DNA of 64,000 nt from an uncultured Nitrospiraceae bacterium (lineage in GTDB: Bacteria > Nitrospirota > UBA9217), in assembly GCA_964412455.1 (NCBI GenBank), contig CAYPOT010000004.1, positions 1,036-65,035 on the forward strand, written 5' to 3'. A program made the position numbers and the translations under genes. Numbering within the stretch: position 1 is the stretch's first letter; each line of letters opens with the position of its first letter. This document shows positions 30,517 through 40,813 of the stretch, one piece after another. A model generated the notes under the pieces. The model did no database searches. It saw only the letters and a list, made by a program, of their open reading frames with translations, and was not told where the DNA came from.

Positions 30517-31770
30517 ATGGACTTCAGTGAACTCGACCTCCCCGACGAGGTCCGGCAGGGCATCGAACATTCTACATTTACCACATGCACACCCGTACAA
30601 GAGGCCGTCCTTCCCCGCGCGATCCGCGGGGAGGATGTCGCCGCGCAGGCGCAGACCGGCACGGGAAAAACGGCGGCGTTCCTCATCTCGCTCTTTACCC
30701 GAATGGTCCGCAACCCTGTCGTGGACATCGGTAACTCTCCCCAGGCACTGATCATCGCCCCGACGCGCGAGCTCGCGGACCAGATATTCCACGAGGCGGA
30801 GCGGCTCGGCAAATTCACCGGCTTCCGCTGTCTCGCGGTCTACGGCGGTATCGACTATGAAAAACAGCGTACAACGCTTCAGAACGGCGTCGACGTGCTC
30901 ATCGGCACACCCGGCAGGCTCATCGACTACTTCAAGCAGCACGTATACAGCCTCAAGAAGACCCGCTATCTGATCATCGATGAGGCCGACCGCATGTTCG
31001 ACATGGGTTTCATCGACGACCTGCGGTACCTTCTGAAAAAACTTCCCGACTACACAAAACGCCAGTCCATGCTCTTCTCCGCCACCCTCTCCTACCGGGT
31101 CATGGAGCTTGCCTACGAGCACATGAACCTTCCCGAGAAAATATCCATTACGCCCGAGCAGGTGACGGTCGAAAAGGTGGAACAGGTCCTCTACCACGTG
31201 GGAAAACACGAGAAGGTCCCGCTCCTTCTCGGCCTTCTCAAGAAGGAGCAGCCCGGACGCGCCCTCATCTTCGTGAATACCCGCCGCGCCGCCGACATGG
31301 TCGTGGAACGGCTGAATCGCAACAACTGGAAGGCCCAGGCAATCACCGGCGATATCGAGCAGAAAAAACGACTGAGGATCCTTGCTGATTTCAAGGAAGG
31401 CCGGCTTCCCCTCCTCGTGGCCACCGATGTGGCAAGCCGCGGCATCGATGTAAAAGATGTTACCCATGTGATCAACTATGACCTCCCCCAGGACGCCGAG
31501 GACTACGTCCACCGCATAGGCCGCACCGGCAGGGCCGGAGCAACCGGCAAGGCCTTGAGCCTCGCCGATGAGGAATACGTGTTCTCTCTCGAGGCCATCG
31601 AAGCGTTCATCGGCCAGAAAATCCCCGTCGAATGGGCCGTCGAGAGCCTGTACGTGCGGGAGATCCGGCGAACGCACGAGGAGCGGCAGAAAAGCGAACA
31701 GGAACGCGCATTGCGTCCTCCTCAACCTGCCAGACGACGCACGCCCGACCGTTCCCGTCCCCGCCGCTGA
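30517..31770 (+). CDS. DEAD-box ATP-dependent RNA helicase
   Basis: Q motif (TPVQ), motif I (AQTGTGKT), DEAD (DEAD), SAT, HRIGRTGR, and an Arg-rich C-tail. The ATG at 30517 follows GGAACGGAG; the tracker ORF's 82-codon upstream part looks like a ~500-nt leader. Confidence 0.9.
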   Translation: MDFSELDLPDEVRQGIEHSTFTTCTPVQEAVLPRAIRGEDVAAQAQTGTGKTAAFLISLFTRMVRNPVVDIGNSPQALIIAPTRELADQIFHEAERLGKFTGFRCLAVYGGIDYEKQRTTLQNGVDVLIGTPGRLIDYFKQHVYSLKKTRYLIIDEADRMFDMGFIDDLRYLLKKLPDYTKRQSMLFSATLSYRVMELAYEHMNLPEKISITPEQVTVEKVEQVLYHVGKHEKVPLLLGLLKKEQPGRALIFVNTRRAADMVVERLNRNNWKAQAITGDIEQKKRLRILADFKEGRLPLLVATDVASRGIDVKDVTHVINYDLPQDAEDYVHRIGRTGRAGATGKALSLADEEYVFSLEAIEAFIGQKIPVEWAVESLYVREIRRTHEERQKSEQERALRPPQPARRRTPDRSRPRR

Positions 31771-31895
31771 CCCCTTTTGTTCTCCGAAATATGTTATACT
31801 GAAACAGGCGAGAATGATGGATTGAACACGTCCTCATTGGCCGGCAGTCCGCCATTCAGTTCGAGACGTCGATCGGAGCAATAAGGAGGTATGCC

Positions 31896-33605
31896 ATGAA
31901 AAACAGCGTGGGCACTACCAGTCGTCCGTGGGTGAAATTCTATGAACCGGGCGTAAAGGAACACCTCACCTACCCCGACCTGACTTTGGACAAAATCCTG
32001 TCCGAGACGGTCCGCCGGTTCCCGGACCATACCGCCCTCCTGTTCTACGGCACGAAGATAACCTATGCCGACCTCGACCTGCTGGTCAACCGCTTCGCGA
32101 ATGCCCTCGCGGGGCTGGGCGTGAAGAAGGGCGATCGCGTGGCGCTCATGCTCCCGAACATCCCCCAGATGGTCATCGCCTATTACGGTGCCCTGAGGCT
32201 CGGGGCCATCGCCGTAGCGACCAACCCCCTCTATAAGGAACACGAGCTCGAGGTCCAGCTCAAGGACAGCGGCGCGGAGACGCTCGTCGCTGTTGACCTG
32301 TTCTACCCCGTCATCTCCCCGGTCCTGCCGAAAACGAAGGTCAAACATCTCATCCTCTGCGGCATCAAGGATTATCTGCCCTTTCCGCTGAACCTGCTCT
32401 ATCCGATCAAGGCCAGGATCGAAAAACAATGGGTGACGGTGAAGCGGGTGCCGCCGATCAGGGATTTTTTGTCCCTGCTCAACGAGGCCCCGGCAACGCC
32501 GGTCAGCGCCACTGTTTCCCCCGATGACACCGCTATCCTTCAGTATACCGGAGGCACGACCGGCACGCCCAAAGGCGCGGTCCTCTCGCACCGGAATCTT
32601 GTCGTGAATGCCGTGCATAACCGGGAATGGCTCACTAACCGGAAGGAGGGCGAGGAGCGAATGCTGGCGGTCATCCCCTTTTTCCATGTCTACGGCATGA
32701 CCACGGCAATGAACCTCGGCGTGCTCATCGGCGCGGAACTGATCCTCATCCCCAAGTTCCATACCAAAGAGGTGCTCCATTTCATCAACAAGTACCGGCC
32801 CACGATCTTTCCGGGGATACAGGCCATGTACCTGGCGATCGGACACTACCCGAAGATCCATAAGTACGACCTCACCTCCATCAAGGCGGCCATCAGCGGC
32901 GCGGGCCCGCTCATGCGCGAGGTCCAGGAACGGTTCGAGGAGTTGACCAAGGCCCGCATCGTGGAAGGCTACGGTCTCTCCGAGGCATCCCCCGTCACCC
33001 ACTGTAATCCAGTTTTCGGCAAACGCAAATTGGGAAGCATCGGCCTGCCGTTCCCGGACATGGACGCGAAGATCATGGACATCGAGACCGGCGAGAAGGA
33101 AATGCCGGTGGGCGCTACCGGCGAACTGGTGGTCAAAGGCCCGCAGGTGATGAAGGGCTACTGGAACAAGCCCAAGGAAACGGCCCATGCCCTCCGCGGC
33201 GGATGGCTCCATACCGGCGATATCGCCAGGATGGATGAGGAAGGGTACTTTTTCATCGTGGACCGCATCAAGGACATGATCAAAACCGTGGGCGAGAACG
33301 TCTACCCCCGGGAAGTAGAGGAAGTGCTCTACGCCCATCCGAAGGTAAAAGACGCCGTGGTCGTGGGCATCCCCCACGATGAGTTCCTGGGAGAGAAGAT
33401 AAAGGCCTATATCGTCCTGAAAGAAGGCCAGACCGCCACGGCTGAGGAGATCATCGAATTCTGCCGCGAGAAGCTCTCGAAGTTCAAGGTCCCGAAGGAC
33501 GTGGAGTTCCGCGACCAGCTCCCGAAGACCCTGGTCGGCAAGGTCCTCCGCCGGATCCTCCGGGACGAGGAGCGGGCGAAGCTCGGGATCAAGGAAAAGA
33601 TATAA
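31896..33605 (+). CDS. fadD: Long-chain-fatty-acid--CoA ligase (AMP-binding)
   Basis: AMP-binding motif (LQYTGGTTGTPKGAV) and GYGLSE. AAGGAGG RBS. Confidence 0.9.
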   Translation: MKNSVGTTSRPWVKFYEPGVKEHLTYPDLTLDKILSETVRRFPDHTALLFYGTKITYADLDLLVNRFANALAGLGVKKGDRVALMLPNIPQMVIAYYGALRLGAIAVATNPLYKEHELEVQLKDSGAETLVAVDLFYPVISPVLPKTKVKHLILCGIKDYLPFPLNLLYPIKARIEKQWVTVKRVPPIRDFLSLLNEAPATPVSATVSPDDTAILQYTGGTTGTPKGAVLSHRNLVVNAVHNREWLTNRKEGEERMLAVIPFFHVYGMTTAMNLGVLIGAELILIPKFHTKEVLHFINKYRPTIFPGIQAMYLAIGHYPKIHKYDLTSIKAAISGAGPLMREVQERFEELTKARIVEGYGLSEASPVTHCNPVFGKRKLGSIGLPFPDMDAKIMDIETGEKEMPVGATGELVVKGPQVMKGYWNKPKETAHALRGGWLHTGDIARMDEEGYFFIVDRIKDMIKTVGENVYPREVEEVLYAHPKVKDAVVVGIPHDEFLGEKIKAYIVLKEGQTATAEEIIEFCREKLSKFKVPKDVEFRDQLPKTLVGKVLRRILRDEERAKLGIKEKI

Positions 33606-33610
33606 ACCCA

Positions 33611-33688
33611 TCGTGAGGCGTGAGGCGCAAGACGTGAAACGTCGACTAAGAGTGCGCTTCTTCTCACGTTTAACGTCTCACGTTTCAC
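33611..33688. repeat. Intergenic inverted/tandem CGTGAG-word repeat hairpin element
   Basis: gtgaggcgtgaggcg ... gacgtgaaacgtcgac ... ctcacgtttaacgtctcacgtttcac. Confidence 0.6.
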
Positions 33689-33702
33689 TAAAGAGGTAAT
33701 TA

Positions 33703-34986
33703 ATGAAAGACATCGTCATCATAGACGGCATCCGGACCCCCTACGCAAAGGCGGGAACGGCCCTGAAGAATGTCCCCGCCGACGAGTTGGGGGCCTTCGC
33801 GGTCAGGGAGATCGTGGCCCGGACCGGCATCGATCCGGAGATCGTTGACGAGGTTATCGTGGGCAACGCCGGCATGCCCGCAGAAGCGGCGAACATCGGC
33901 AGGGTCATCGCGCTCCGCGCCGGCATCCCGCAGCGCGTCCCGGCCTACAGCGTCCAGCGGAACTGCGCGTCGGGCATGCAGGCCGCCGCGAGCGCCTATA
34001 CGCAGATCGCGGCCGGCCTGTCCGACATTGTTCTCGTGGCGGGTGTCGAGTCCATGTCCAACTTCGGGTTCTATACGACCAAGCGGTTCAAGGACATCTT
34101 TACCGCGATCGGCCGTTCCAAGTCCGTCTGGCTGAAGGCTGCGGCAGCCCTGTCCCTCAGGCCGAAGGACTTCCTGCCCGTTGCAGGCCTCACCCTGGGC
34201 CTTACTGACCCCATCTCGGGGCTGAACATGGGCCAGACAGCCGAGAACCTTGCCCGGGATTTCAGCATTACCCGGCGAGACCAGGACGAGTTCTCCCTCT
34301 GGAGCCATCAGAAATGGGCGGCGGCGAACGAAGCGGGAAAGTTCAGGAACGAGATCGCCGCGTTCTATGCCCCGCCGAAGTTCGAACCGGTCGAGGAGGA
34401 CGTCGGACCGCGCAAGAACCAGACCATGGAAGCACTCGCGAAACTCCGGCCTTTTTTTGACCGAAAGTACGGAACCGTCACACCCGGGAACGCGTCGCCC
34501 ATCACCGATGGAGCGGCCGCCGCGCTCATCATGAGCGCCGGGCGGGCGAAGGAACTGGGATACAAACCTTTGGGGCGCATCAAAGCCTTCGCCTTTGCGG
34601 GAAACGACCCGTCACGGATGGGGCTTGGCCCGGTATTTTCCTCCCATAAGGCCCTGAAGCTGGCGGGAATGAAGCTTTCCGACATCGAGCTTCTCGAGCT
34701 GAACGAGGCCTTCGCCGCCCAGGTGATCGGCTGCGAAAAGGCGGCGGTGTCGAAGGAGTTCTTTCACAAACACCTTCCGGGAGAGGAGCCTATCGGCGAG
34801 TTCCGACGCGACATCATGAACGTGAATGGCGGCGCCATCGCACTTGGCCATCCGGTCGGATCGTCGGGACTCCGCGTCGTGATAACGCTGCTCAAGGAAA
34901 TGGAACGGCGGGGGCTCTCCACCGGCCTTGCTACGCTGTGTATCGGCGGCGGCCAGGGCGGAACGATGATCGTAGAGCGGGTTTAA
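33703..34986 (+). CDS. fadA: Acetyl-CoA C-acyltransferase (thiolase)
   Basis: Thiolase active-site regions (NCASGMQA, NVNGGAIALGHPVGSSG, CIGGGQG). Confidence 0.9.
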   Translation: MKDIVIIDGIRTPYAKAGTALKNVPADELGAFAVREIVARTGIDPEIVDEVIVGNAGMPAEAANIGRVIALRAGIPQRVPAYSVQRNCASGMQAAASAYTQIAAGLSDIVLVAGVESMSNFGFYTTKRFKDIFTAIGRSKSVWLKAAAALSLRPKDFLPVAGLTLGLTDPISGLNMGQTAENLARDFSITRRDQDEFSLWSHQKWAAANEAGKFRNEIAAFYAPPKFEPVEEDVGPRKNQTMEALAKLRPFFDRKYGTVTPGNASPITDGAAAALIMSAGRAKELGYKPLGRIKAFAFAGNDPSRMGLGPVFSSHKALKLAGMKLSDIELLELNEAFAAQVIGCEKAAVSKEFFHKHLPGEEPIGEFRRDIMNVNGGAIALGHPVGSSGLRVVITLLKEMERRGLSTGLATLCIGGGQGGTMIVERV

Positions 34987-35085
34987 AGTTCAAGGTTCAA
35001 AATTCAACGTGAACAGCAAACGTCGACCGAACAGTATAATATCCGTTGCTCTATCCTTAAACCTTATGCCTTGAACTTTGAACTA
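34986..35085. repeat. Intergenic GTTCAA-word tandem and inverted repeat element
   Basis: gttcaaggttcaaaattcaacgtgaac ... ccttgaactttgaac. Confidence 0.6.
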
Positions 35086-35102
35086 AGTATAACGAGGTTA
35101 CC

Positions 35103-37229
35103 ATGTCCGCATTCAGCTATGAAATAGATAAGGACGGCATCGCCATCCTGACCTTCGACCTGCCGGGCGAAAAGGTCAACAAGCTCACTACCGCGGTGAT
35201 GAACGAACTCGACCGGCTCCTCGATGAGCTGGCCGCGAACCATGAGATCAAAGCGCTCGTCATCAGGAGCAGCAAGCCGGACACCTTCATCGCCGGTGCG
35301 GACATCGCCGAGATCCGGGACATCACCGACACGAAGCGGGGCGAGGAGCTCAGCAGGCGCGGACAATCGGTCTTTGCGAAGCTCGAATCGCTTCCCTTCC
35401 CGACCACGGCGGCCATCCACGGCGCCTGCCTGGGAGGCGGCCTTGAACTTGCGCTGGCCTGCTCCTACCGTGTTGTCAGCAACGACCCGAAGACCGCGCT
35501 CGGCCTCCCCGAGGTGAAGATCGGCATCATTCCAGGCTTCGGCGGCACCCAGCGGCTCCCGCGCCTCGTCGGGCTCTCGAACGCGCTCGGCATGATCCTG
35601 CCGGGCAAGTCGGTCTATCAGAGGAAGGCGAAGAAGATCGGCCTTGCCGACGAGATCGCCTACCGGGAGACGCTGTTGTCCGTGGCGACCGGTGTTGCAA
35701 AACATGCTATCGGAAGACCGCGCCCCGGGCATATCCGGGCCAGAAGACCCCTGCTCATCAAGCTCCTCGAAAGTACTCCCCTGACCCGTGCCCTTGTCTT
35801 TCGGACCGCACGAAAGAGCGTTCTCAAGGAGACCCGGGGCAACTATCCCGCGCCGATCAAGGCCCTGGAAGCAGTGCGCTACGGCCTGTCCCACGGCCTG
35901 GACAAAGGCTACCGGCACGAGGCGCGGCTCATCGGAGAACTGTTCATCACGCCTGTTTCAAAGAACCTCATCAATGTATTCTATCTCAGCGAGGCCCTGA
36001 AGCGGGACGCCCAACCGTCTTCCTTCCCCGTAGCGCGCGCCACGGTCATCGGTGCCGGCATCATGGGCGGCGGCATCGCCCAGCTCTTCGCTGAAAAGGG
36101 CATCTTCGTCAGGATGAAGGACATCGCTACCGGATCGGTCGCCGCCGGGCTGAAGGCGGCGGCAGGCATTTTTAAAAAGCGGGCGAAGAAGAGCATCCTC
36201 GACCCGCTCCTCGCGCGGGACGGCATGGACCGCATCTCCGGCGCCACGGACGCCAGCGGTTTCCCGACCGCAGACATCGCCGTCGAGGCCGTGGTCGAGA
36301 ATATGGAGGTAAAAAAAGCGGTGATCCGCGAGTTCGAGCAGCTTGCAAAAGATACTGCTGTGTTCGCGTCAAACACCTCGTCCCTCTCGATCACCGAACT
36401 GGCAACGGCATCAACGCGTCCCGGGCAGGTCGTCGGCATGCATTTCTTCAACCCCGTGGAGAAGATGCCGCTCGTAGAGGTGGTGCGGGGCGAAAAGACC
36501 ACGCCGGAGACCGTCTCCGCGGTGGCCGCGCTGTCCCGAAGGCTCGGCAAGCTCCCCGTGGTCGTGAATGACGGGCCGGGGTTCCTGGTGAACCGGATCC
36601 TTATGCCCTACCTGGGCGAGGCGCTCAACCTGCTGGAGGAAGGAAGCGGGATCGATGAGATCGATCAGGCGCTCCTCAGGTTCGGCATGCCCATGGGCGC
36701 CTTCATCCTGCTCGACGAGATCGGCATCGACATCGCGCACAAGGTCTCCGGCATCCTGCGCCAGGGTCTGGGTGCACGGATCCAGCAGTCCCGGCTCCTT
36801 GAAGACCTTTATAAGGAAGGGTATCTGGGCAAAAAGAACGGCAGGGGATTCTATCTCTATACCGGCGGGAAGCGCGGCAAGCAGAATCCCCTGGTGTCAG
36901 GGATGGCGGGGAAACGCAAGGGTGCAGGCGGACCCGTGCCGGAGCAGGAGATCATCGAGCGGGCCGTGTTCCTCATGATCAAAGAAGCTGCCCTGTGCCT
37001 TGAGGACAAGATCATCGACCGCGTCGATCATCTGGACGCGGCACTCATCTTCGGCATCGGTTTCCCGCCTTTTCGCGGCGGCCTGATGAGGTACGCGGAG
37101 AAGCTGGGCGCAAAGTACATCGTCGAACGGCTCGAGGTCTACGCGGCAACGTACGGCGAGCGGTTCGCCCCGCCGAAGTACCTCTTCGAGATGTCCCGGG
37201 ACGATCTGATCGGCCAGATCATCCGGTAA
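35103..37229 (+). CDS. fadJ: Fatty acid oxidation complex alpha subunit (enoyl-CoA hydratase / 3-hydroxyacyl-CoA dehydrogenase)
   Basis: N-terminal crotonase domain plus a central NAD-binding domain (VIGAGIMGGGIA), 708 aa. Confidence 0.9.
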   Translation: MSAFSYEIDKDGIAILTFDLPGEKVNKLTTAVMNELDRLLDELAANHEIKALVIRSSKPDTFIAGADIAEIRDITDTKRGEELSRRGQSVFAKLESLPFPTTAAIHGACLGGGLELALACSYRVVSNDPKTALGLPEVKIGIIPGFGGTQRLPRLVGLSNALGMILPGKSVYQRKAKKIGLADEIAYRETLLSVATGVAKHAIGRPRPGHIRARRPLLIKLLESTPLTRALVFRTARKSVLKETRGNYPAPIKALEAVRYGLSHGLDKGYRHEARLIGELFITPVSKNLINVFYLSEALKRDAQPSSFPVARATVIGAGIMGGGIAQLFAEKGIFVRMKDIATGSVAAGLKAAAGIFKKRAKKSILDPLLARDGMDRISGATDASGFPTADIAVEAVVENMEVKKAVIREFEQLAKDTAVFASNTSSLSITELATASTRPGQVVGMHFFNPVEKMPLVEVVRGEKTTPETVSAVAALSRRLGKLPVVVNDGPGFLVNRILMPYLGEALNLLEEGSGIDEIDQALLRFGMPMGAFILLDEIGIDIAHKVSGILRQGLGARIQQSRLLEDLYKEGYLGKKNGRGFYLYTGGKRGKQNPLVSGMAGKRKGAGGPVPEQEIIERAVFLMIKEAALCLEDKIIDRVDHLDAALIFGIGFPPFRGGLMRYAEKLGAKYIVERLEVYAATYGERFAPPKYLFEMSRDDLIGQIIR

Positions 37230-37383
37230 CAACTCCTCCGCGGACAGGACCAGCCCCCTTGGGAGGAACGACCCTTAATATCACAACTTGCATGTCCCTG
37301 CGTTTCCCGCTATATTGAAACAGAGAAATGGATCCCGACAAGCTATGAACCCTGCGCTCTTTGCGGCAACAAACCCCAATTGC

Positions 37384-38355
37384 ATGGATAAAATACTTTC
37401 AAAATTCACAGGCTGTCTCATCGGTACCGCCGTCGGCGACTCGCTCGGCGCCCGGCGCGAAGGATCCCCTGAGTTCGTCGAGGTCGCCGACCTGTCCCCG
37501 CGGTACACCGAGAATACCGCCATGACCATCGCCGTGGCCGAATCCCTCGCCGAGTGCAAGGGCTTCCATTACTGGCACATGGCCGAGCGACTCCTCAAAA
37601 AATACGAACAGGAGCCGTGGAGGCGTTATGGCCATACGATCACCCGTGTGTTCCGCCTGATGCGGAACGGCAAGCTGGGATTCGGAATGATCGACCGGGA
37701 CCTCTACGCGGAAGGGTCCTATGGGAACGGGGCGGCCATGCGGGCAACTGCCGTGGGGCTTATGTACCATGACGATCCCCGGACGCTCCGTGACGTCGCC
37801 TATCACTGCGCCGGCATCACCCACAGCCATGCATTGGGCCTGGAAGGCGCGGCTCTCCAGGCCTGTGCCGTTGCTCTCGCGGCACTCGCCGAACCCGGGA
37901 ATATCAGCATTACCGATTTCCTCGGCACGCTCCGGATGTTCGCCAAACCGGGGCCCTACCAGGAAAAACTGAAGACGATCATCGATTTCATCGAGAACGG
38001 CGCATCGCGGGAAGATGTCGTGGCGAAGCTCGGGACCGGAAGTTCTTGCCTCGAGTCGGTCCCGACGGCCATCTACGCCTTCCTGTCTCATCGCGATTTC
38101 AAGAGCGCGGTGATCTATGCCGTGAGCCTCGGCGGGGACGCTGATACGATCGGGGCCATGACCGGCGCGATCGCCGGGGCCTGCTACGGCATCGAAGGCA
38201 TACCGTCGCAATGGCGGGAAACGGTCGAGCAAAACGACCATCTCGATGTGCTGGCAAAGAAGCTGTGGGAAGTAAAGATGGGGATCAGCAGAAATTCGGT
38301 GGATGATGCGGTGGGAGAGAACCGGACGGTAGTTGATACAGTTGATATACGGTAG
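37384..38355 (+). CDS. ADP-ribosylglycohydrolase family protein
   Basis: GCLIGTAVGDSLG N-terminal motif and C-terminal GGDADTIGAMTGAIAGA. The start is uncertain; alternatives are the ATG at 37345 or the TTG at 37288. Confidence 0.75.
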   Translation: MDKILSKFTGCLIGTAVGDSLGARREGSPEFVEVADLSPRYTENTAMTIAVAESLAECKGFHYWHMAERLLKKYEQEPWRRYGHTITRVFRLMRNGKLGFGMIDRDLYAEGSYGNGAAMRATAVGLMYHDDPRTLRDVAYHCAGITHSHALGLEGAALQACAVALAALAEPGNISITDFLGTLRMFAKPGPYQEKLKTIIDFIENGASREDVVAKLGTGSSCLESVPTAIYAFLSHRDFKSAVIYAVSLGGDADTIGAMTGAIAGACYGIEGIPSQWRETVEQNDHLDVLAKKLWEVKMGISRNSVDDAVGENRTVVDTVDIR

Positions 38356-38448
38356 TCGACCGAGCAGCCCTGATGGCTAATCGGTCAGCATGCGTCAGGA
38401 TCATGGTATGAACCTTCATTACACCCTTCCGTGATACCACCCTCTTTG

Positions 38449-38629
38449 ATCACTCGATCGAGATCGCATAGTAGGGACAGATGGTCAGAACACCCTTGTC
38501 GCGCTCCGGATCGAACTCCGTCGAATTGATGATCCAGGCCTTTTCATCGCGCATCTCGAAGAACTGGGGAAAAGCCTCGGCGCAGCCGCCGCAGCCCTCG
38601 CACAGGCTATAATCGATATTCGGCACCAT
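38449..38629 (-). pseudogene. Small single-cluster [4Fe-4S] ferredoxin with an apparent +1 frameshift (extra G)
   Basis: The ATG frame gives MVPNIDYSLCEGCGGCG then runs off to a TGA. The alternate frame gives AEAFPQFFEMRDEKAWIINSTEFDPERDKGVLTICPYYAISIE*. Deleting one G at ~38581-38583 restores a 59-aa ferredoxin. Confidence 0.6.
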
Positions 38630-38858
38630 CGGTCGCTGTCATCCTCATGGATTGCATGTCACATCACATCGGTATCGGCCTTGAAATGACCTTTGACACA
38701 GAAGAAGCGCATTAGCTGCTGATAAAGACGGATAAATAATTGCTCTTTTGCATCGTCTTTAAGAAACCGACCGATTCCTCCGACAAGAAATCCGCTTTTA
38801 TCCGGTTATTATCCGCACCTGTCCGTGTCAAATACTGTTTGCAGGTTGATGAATCTGT

Positions 38859-39098
38859 TCACTTCTTCGATATCCTGACCTTCCATTCCTCGGGTCCCTC
38901 GGCAAGATATTCCCATTCGAACAGTCCCTCCCGTTCGTGCAGGAATGAGTAGTAGAGCGGCTTGGGATCATGGTCGTTGATCAGAAGGAACGCCCCGCCC
39001 TTTTCCATTTCATCGAAGGTCCTGAAGATCAGCGGATGCCGGTCTTTCGGAGCGATTGTCGTAACGTTGAGCTCTTTCATGGCGCCCTCCTTTAGCAC
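38859..39098 (-). CDS. DUF2249-family small protein
   Basis: ...HPLIFRTFDEMEKGGAFLLINDHDPKPLYY pattern. The likely start is M7. Confidence 0.55.
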   Translation of the reverse strand: MLKEGAMKELNVTTIAPKDRHPLIFRTFDEMEKGGAFLLINDHDPKPLYYSFLHEREGLFEWEYLAEGPEEWKVRISKK

Positions 39099-39241
39099 AA
39101 TTGATCTTGGTATTCATATTATAGGACAGAGGGACAGCCCACGATATGATACAGGTCATACGATCCGAAGCCTGCCAACAGGGTTGTTCTTCCGGGGGCG
39201 TTTTTCATTCTGCTTCTTCTATGATATAATGCTTTCGCATT

Positions 39242-40135
39242 ATGGGGATCAAGCATCTGGAAAAAGGCTCTCTCTGGCACAGCCTGGCCAGGACCACGGA
39301 GCATGCGCTCGCGTCGGGCGCGCTCCGGTCCTTCCCGACCGTCCACGCCTATATCGAGGATAGCGGCGTCCGGTTCTTCGTCCGGGTACTGGCGGCCCTC
39401 CGGGAAAAGTCGGTGGCGCGAACGAAGCAGGAAGCAGACCCTTTCCTTCCGCCCGAGAAGGACCTTACCGTCGCGGACATAACCGATACCCACATCGCGG
39501 TCCTGAACAAGTTTAACGTCGTGGACCATCACCTGCTCATCGTCACCCGTCACTTCGAGGACCAGGACACGCTCCTTACGCTGCTGGATTTCGAAGCGCT
39601 CTGGCTCTGCATGGCCGAGTATAACAGCCTGGGCTTTTACAACGGCGGCCGCGAAGCGGGCGCCAGCCAGCGGCACAAACACCTCCAGATGGTGCCGCTT
39701 CCCCTGGCGCCTGAAGGTCCGCTGGTGCCCATAACCCCCGTGTTGCCCGGCCCGGACTCGATAGCGGCAACTGGGAACATACCGGCATTCCCCTTCCTCA
39801 ACTCCTATGTGAGACTCAGGCCGGACATTGTGTACAAGCCCCGTGAAGCGGCCATCGAAACGTTTGAGCTCTACACCGCCATGCTCAAGAGCGTCGGCAT
39901 AAGCGGTCCTGTTGCGTCAACCCTCACCCGCCAAGCACAGCCGTACTGTTTTATCGTCACGCGCGAGTGGATGCTCCTCGTCCCGCGGTCACGGGAGCAC
40001 ATTGAGGACATCTCCCTGAACTCTCTGGCCTTTGCCGGGTCGTTCTTTGTATGGAACAAAGAGCAGTTGGAGCGGTTGAGCGCTTTCGGGCCGATCAATG
40101 CGTTGAGGGCCGTAAGCATGCCCGCGGATAGATAA
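39242..40135 (+). CDS. ATP adenylyltransferase / Ap4A phosphorylase II-like protein
   Basis: LNKFNVVDHHLLIVTR and HKHLQMVPLP correspond to conserved Apa1/2-family blocks. Confidence 0.6.
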   Translation: MGIKHLEKGSLWHSLARTTEHALASGALRSFPTVHAYIEDSGVRFFVRVLAALREKSVARTKQEADPFLPPEKDLTVADITDTHIAVLNKFNVVDHHLLIVTRHFEDQDTLLTLLDFEALWLCMAEYNSLGFYNGGREAGASQRHKHLQMVPLPLAPEGPLVPITPVLPGPDSIAATGNIPAFPFLNSYVRLRPDIVYKPREAAIETFELYTAMLKSVGISGPVASTLTRQAQPYCFIVTREWMLLVPRSREHIEDISLNSLAFAGSFFVWNKEQLERLSAFGPINALRAVSMPADR

Positions 40136-40142
40136 CAGCGGC

Positions 40143-40706
40143 CTACGATGGGGTGATCAGGTGTTTCAGCTTGGCGAAGTCGCTGAGAAGCATTTCCTTC
40201 CCCTTGGTAAAGCGGATCGCGTAGGCGGGATGAACGGTGATGAAATAGGTCCTGCCATCCTTCTTCACGATAGTCCCGTGCATTTTGGTGATCTCCACCT
40301 TGCCATCGAGCAGTGCAACGCAGGCTGAATTCCCGAGCAGGACGATGATGTCCGGTCCGATGACCGTAAGCTGTTCGAAAAGATGCTCCCTGCCGTGATG
40401 GATCATCTCCTTCGAGGGCGTACCCCGGTCTGGGAGATAGTGGACCGGACTGGTGATAAAGACATCGGCCTCATCCAGGCCCATGGTCCGGATCGTCTGG
40501 CGCAAGAGCTTTCCCGACCGCCCGACGAACGGCCGGCCGGTCTTCGCCTCTTCCCTTCCCGGCGCCTCTCCGATGAATACGATCCGCGCATCGGGATTTC
40601 CCTCCCCCGGCACCGCCTTCCCCGTGCCGCCTTTCTTGCAAAGACGGCAGTGTGATATTTCTTCGGCGATCTTTTGGAGCGCCTTGGCTTTTTTCGAAAT
40701 CCGCAT
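40143..40706 (-). CDS. Uracil-DNA glycosylase, family 4
   Basis: GEGNPDARIVFIGEAPGREE, GRPFVGRSG and HPAY motifs. The ATG at 40706 is preceded by AGGGGGA. Confidence 0.85.
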   Translation of the reverse strand: MRISKKAKALQKIAEEISHCRLCKKGGTGKAVPGEGNPDARIVFIGEAPGREEAKTGRPFVGRSGKLLRQTIRTMGLDEADVFITSPVHYLPDRGTPSKEMIHHGREHLFEQLTVIGPDIIVLLGNSACVALLDGKVEITKMHGTIVKKDGRTYFITVHPAYAIRFTKGKEMLLSDFAKLKHLITPS

Positions 40707-40813
40707 TGTCCCCCTGCCACTCCTTCGCGTGTTTTCCTTAGTTGCTTGGGGAGCATAAATCATTTTTCAACAACCTGTTGGTATCTCCGTCCCGCCGGGA
40801 CGGCTCAAGGCTT

